From positions 1 through 64,000 of IMG/VR virus record IMGVR_UViG_2660238384_000003: a stretch of DNA of 64,000 nt, one strand, 5' to 3'. The notes under the pieces were generated by a model. It was not told the origin of the DNA and ran no database searches. It worked only from the letters and a program-made list of their open reading frames with translations. Made by a program: the position numbers and the translations under genes. Shown piece by piece: positions 62,679 to 64,000 of the stretch. Position 1 is the stretch's first letter. Each line of letters begins with the position of its first letter. This DNA is from an uncultured virus (IMG/VR IMGVR_UViG_2660238384_000003). Taxonomy: Duplodnaviria; Heunggongvirae; Uroviricota; Caudoviricetes.

Positions 62679-63221
62679 TTAAGGGTTCCGCCCTTCGAAC
62701 GTCTCGTAGGTCAAATCAACCATACTTTTATATCGATCTGTAACAGAATCCGAAAGACGCATATAAAGATCAATAGCTTTAGAGTTTACTACAACAATAC
62801 GCCGCTCACGATCTGCCTCAGGCATTTTGTTACTAATTTCTGAGTCAAGAGTTGCCGAGTCACGCAGATCAGCTATCTTTTCTACGGCAAAATTCATAAT
62901 TTTAGGCTCTGCTGTCCAATGCGTTAGCTTCCGGCATTTTCGCTCAAGCAAGGAAACTTTATGCTCAACAAAATTACATTTCAAATCAACAGAACACGCA
63001 AATAACCGTGCAGCCAAATCTGTATTATCGTCTTCGCATCTCCCCCAAAAGTCGGAAACATCACTCACGATCTCTTGAAGCATCTTCTCTATCGCTGCAA
63101 CTATAGCATTCGCCTCAGATTGTCTAGCAAGCGATCGTGAATTATGATAAACAAAAATCCAACCAACGATTCCAACAATTACTGAAACGACCGCGGCCCA
63201 GTTAAAATCACCGCCCACCAT
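62679..63221 (-). CDS. N-terminal TM helical protein (putative effector)
   Basis: WAAVVSVIVGIVGWIFVY then helical domain; AT-rich; overlaps upstream gene. Confidence 0.8.
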   Translation of the reverse strand: MVGGDFNWAAVVSVIVGIVGWIFVYHNSRSLARQSEANAIVAAIEKMLQEIVSDVSDFWGRCEDDNTDLAARLFACSVDLKCNFVEHKVSLLERKCRKLTHWTAEPKIMNFAVEKIADLRDSATLDSEISNKMPEADRERRIVVVNSKAIDLYMRLSDSVTDRYKSMVDLTYETFEGRNP

Positions 63222-63564
63222 TATTTTCAGGCCTCGCCTCGCGAATGTACTTATCTATATTATTCAAGACACTTTTATAACGACTTTTATAACCGACCCG
63301 CTTCCTTACTTCTTCTGGAGTGAAGCCCTCATATTTAATTAGACCCCCAAATACCTCATCCAGAAAAGACGACCCACTCCCCAGCACCCCAGTTAAGTCA
63401 ACTTCAACGTAATCATACTCTTCTAAGGCTTTGAGCAAGAACTCCCTTCTGAATCGAACACCATTAAACTCCGGATTATCAACTTCGGAGCGACCATAAG
63501 GCATATCAGTAAAATCTTTTGCTACATCGATTATCTTAATCAAACCTTTATTCATTTCAATCAC
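63208..63564 (-). CDS. STAS-like DUF4325 protein
   Basis: PYGR...NGVRFR...VDLTGVLGSGSSFLDEVFGGL. Confidence 0.85.
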   Translation of the reverse strand: MIEMNKGLIKIIDVAKDFTDMPYGRSEVDNPEFNGVRFRREFLLKALEEYDYVEVDLTGVLGSGSSFLDEVFGGLIKYEGFTPEEVRKRVGYKSRYKSVLNNIDKYIREARPENNGGR

Positions 63565-64000
63565 CCTGGGACCTTAAGCTTGATATTCCATTGAATCAAG
63601 GTTCCATGAAATTCAAACGGAAGCGGCCTAGCCTCCTCCTTCTGCCCCTTTGTTTGGTATTGATACCAACCACTACCACTATAGATCATTAGCGTTCCCA
63701 TTGGATTCGCTTCGACAAAATCTTTTGCTTCGGATAGACCTTTTCCGCGCCCGCTAGTATTGAAGCGAGACTTCCCATAGTCAACAGCGGCCTTAATACT
63801 TGCAGCATCGCGAAATGCTCTTACGGGAAATGACGGACTCTTTTTCAGCAGCTTTTTCAAGGCACTATAAGTATCTCTCATCATATCAACCATATTTGGC
63901 TTAATGGACAAGGTTTTTGGAATACCCACACCCATGTCATAAACACCTATAAAAAGCTGATCCTCAATTAGACGAACAACAATCCACCAATTCTGCAAAT
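63561..64000 (-). CDS. GHKL (histidine-kinase-like) ATPase/Ser kinase, C-terminal part; runs off the window
   Basis: G1 YDMGVGIP, G2 GRGKGL, IYSG, G3 HGTLI. Confidence 0.85.
   Translation of the reverse strand, partial: LQNWWIVVRLIEDQLFIGVYDMGVGIPKTLSIKPNMVDMMRDTYSALKKLLKKSPSFPVRAFRDAASIKAAVDYGKSRFNTSGRGKGLSEAKDFVEANPMGTLMIYSGSGWYQYQTKGQKEEARPLPFEFHGTLIQWNIKLKVPG

Larger units (their letters stand above)
703..64000. mobile_element. F116/H66-like (Hollowayvirus-type) temperate podophage prophage; right end beyond window
   Basis: Terminase-portal-scaffold-capsid-tail-giant internal protein-lysis block, divergent cI/cro switch, RdgC, two early methylases; att at a tRNA. Confidence 0.88.

Overview
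The window is a Pseudomonas (very likely P. aeruginosa) chromosomal segment almost entirely occupied by an F116/H66-like (Hollowayvirus-type) temperate podophage prophage. A host tRNA-His gene (561-637) is followed by a 17-bp duplicated tRNA-Leu 3' end (703-719, att core) with an IHF site and arm-type repeats. The minus strand carries small cargo genes, a lysis cassette, a ~3,790-aa polyvalent virion protein, tail and head genes, portal, terminase, nin/replication genes and cro. The plus strand carries cI and a long early operon: CsrA homologue, Sak-like annealase, exonuclease, SSB, RdgC-FtsK-gamma, a LexA DNA-binding domain, helicase-methylase, C5 methylase, DUF550 and DUF4406. The right edge holds an AlpA gene, an integrase remnant and an AT-rich three-gene operon (GHKL kinase/ATPase, STAS-like DUF4325, membrane protein) that looks like a defence module. 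The intact integrase and second att lie outside the window. About 14 apparent single-base deletions, mostly in G/C runs, break conserved genes and are best read as sequencing errors. Best candidates for undescribed biology: (1) repeated GCGC-AGGA-GUGC CsrA-type hairpins at tail-gene start regions, together with two phage CsrA-fold proteins; (2) a four-copy late-promoter motif; (3) the GHKL-STAS-TM cargo operon; (4) an SOS-box-controlled DUF1654 gene plus a stand-alone LexA DNA-binding domain. All family assignments come from motif recognition by eye, not database searches.
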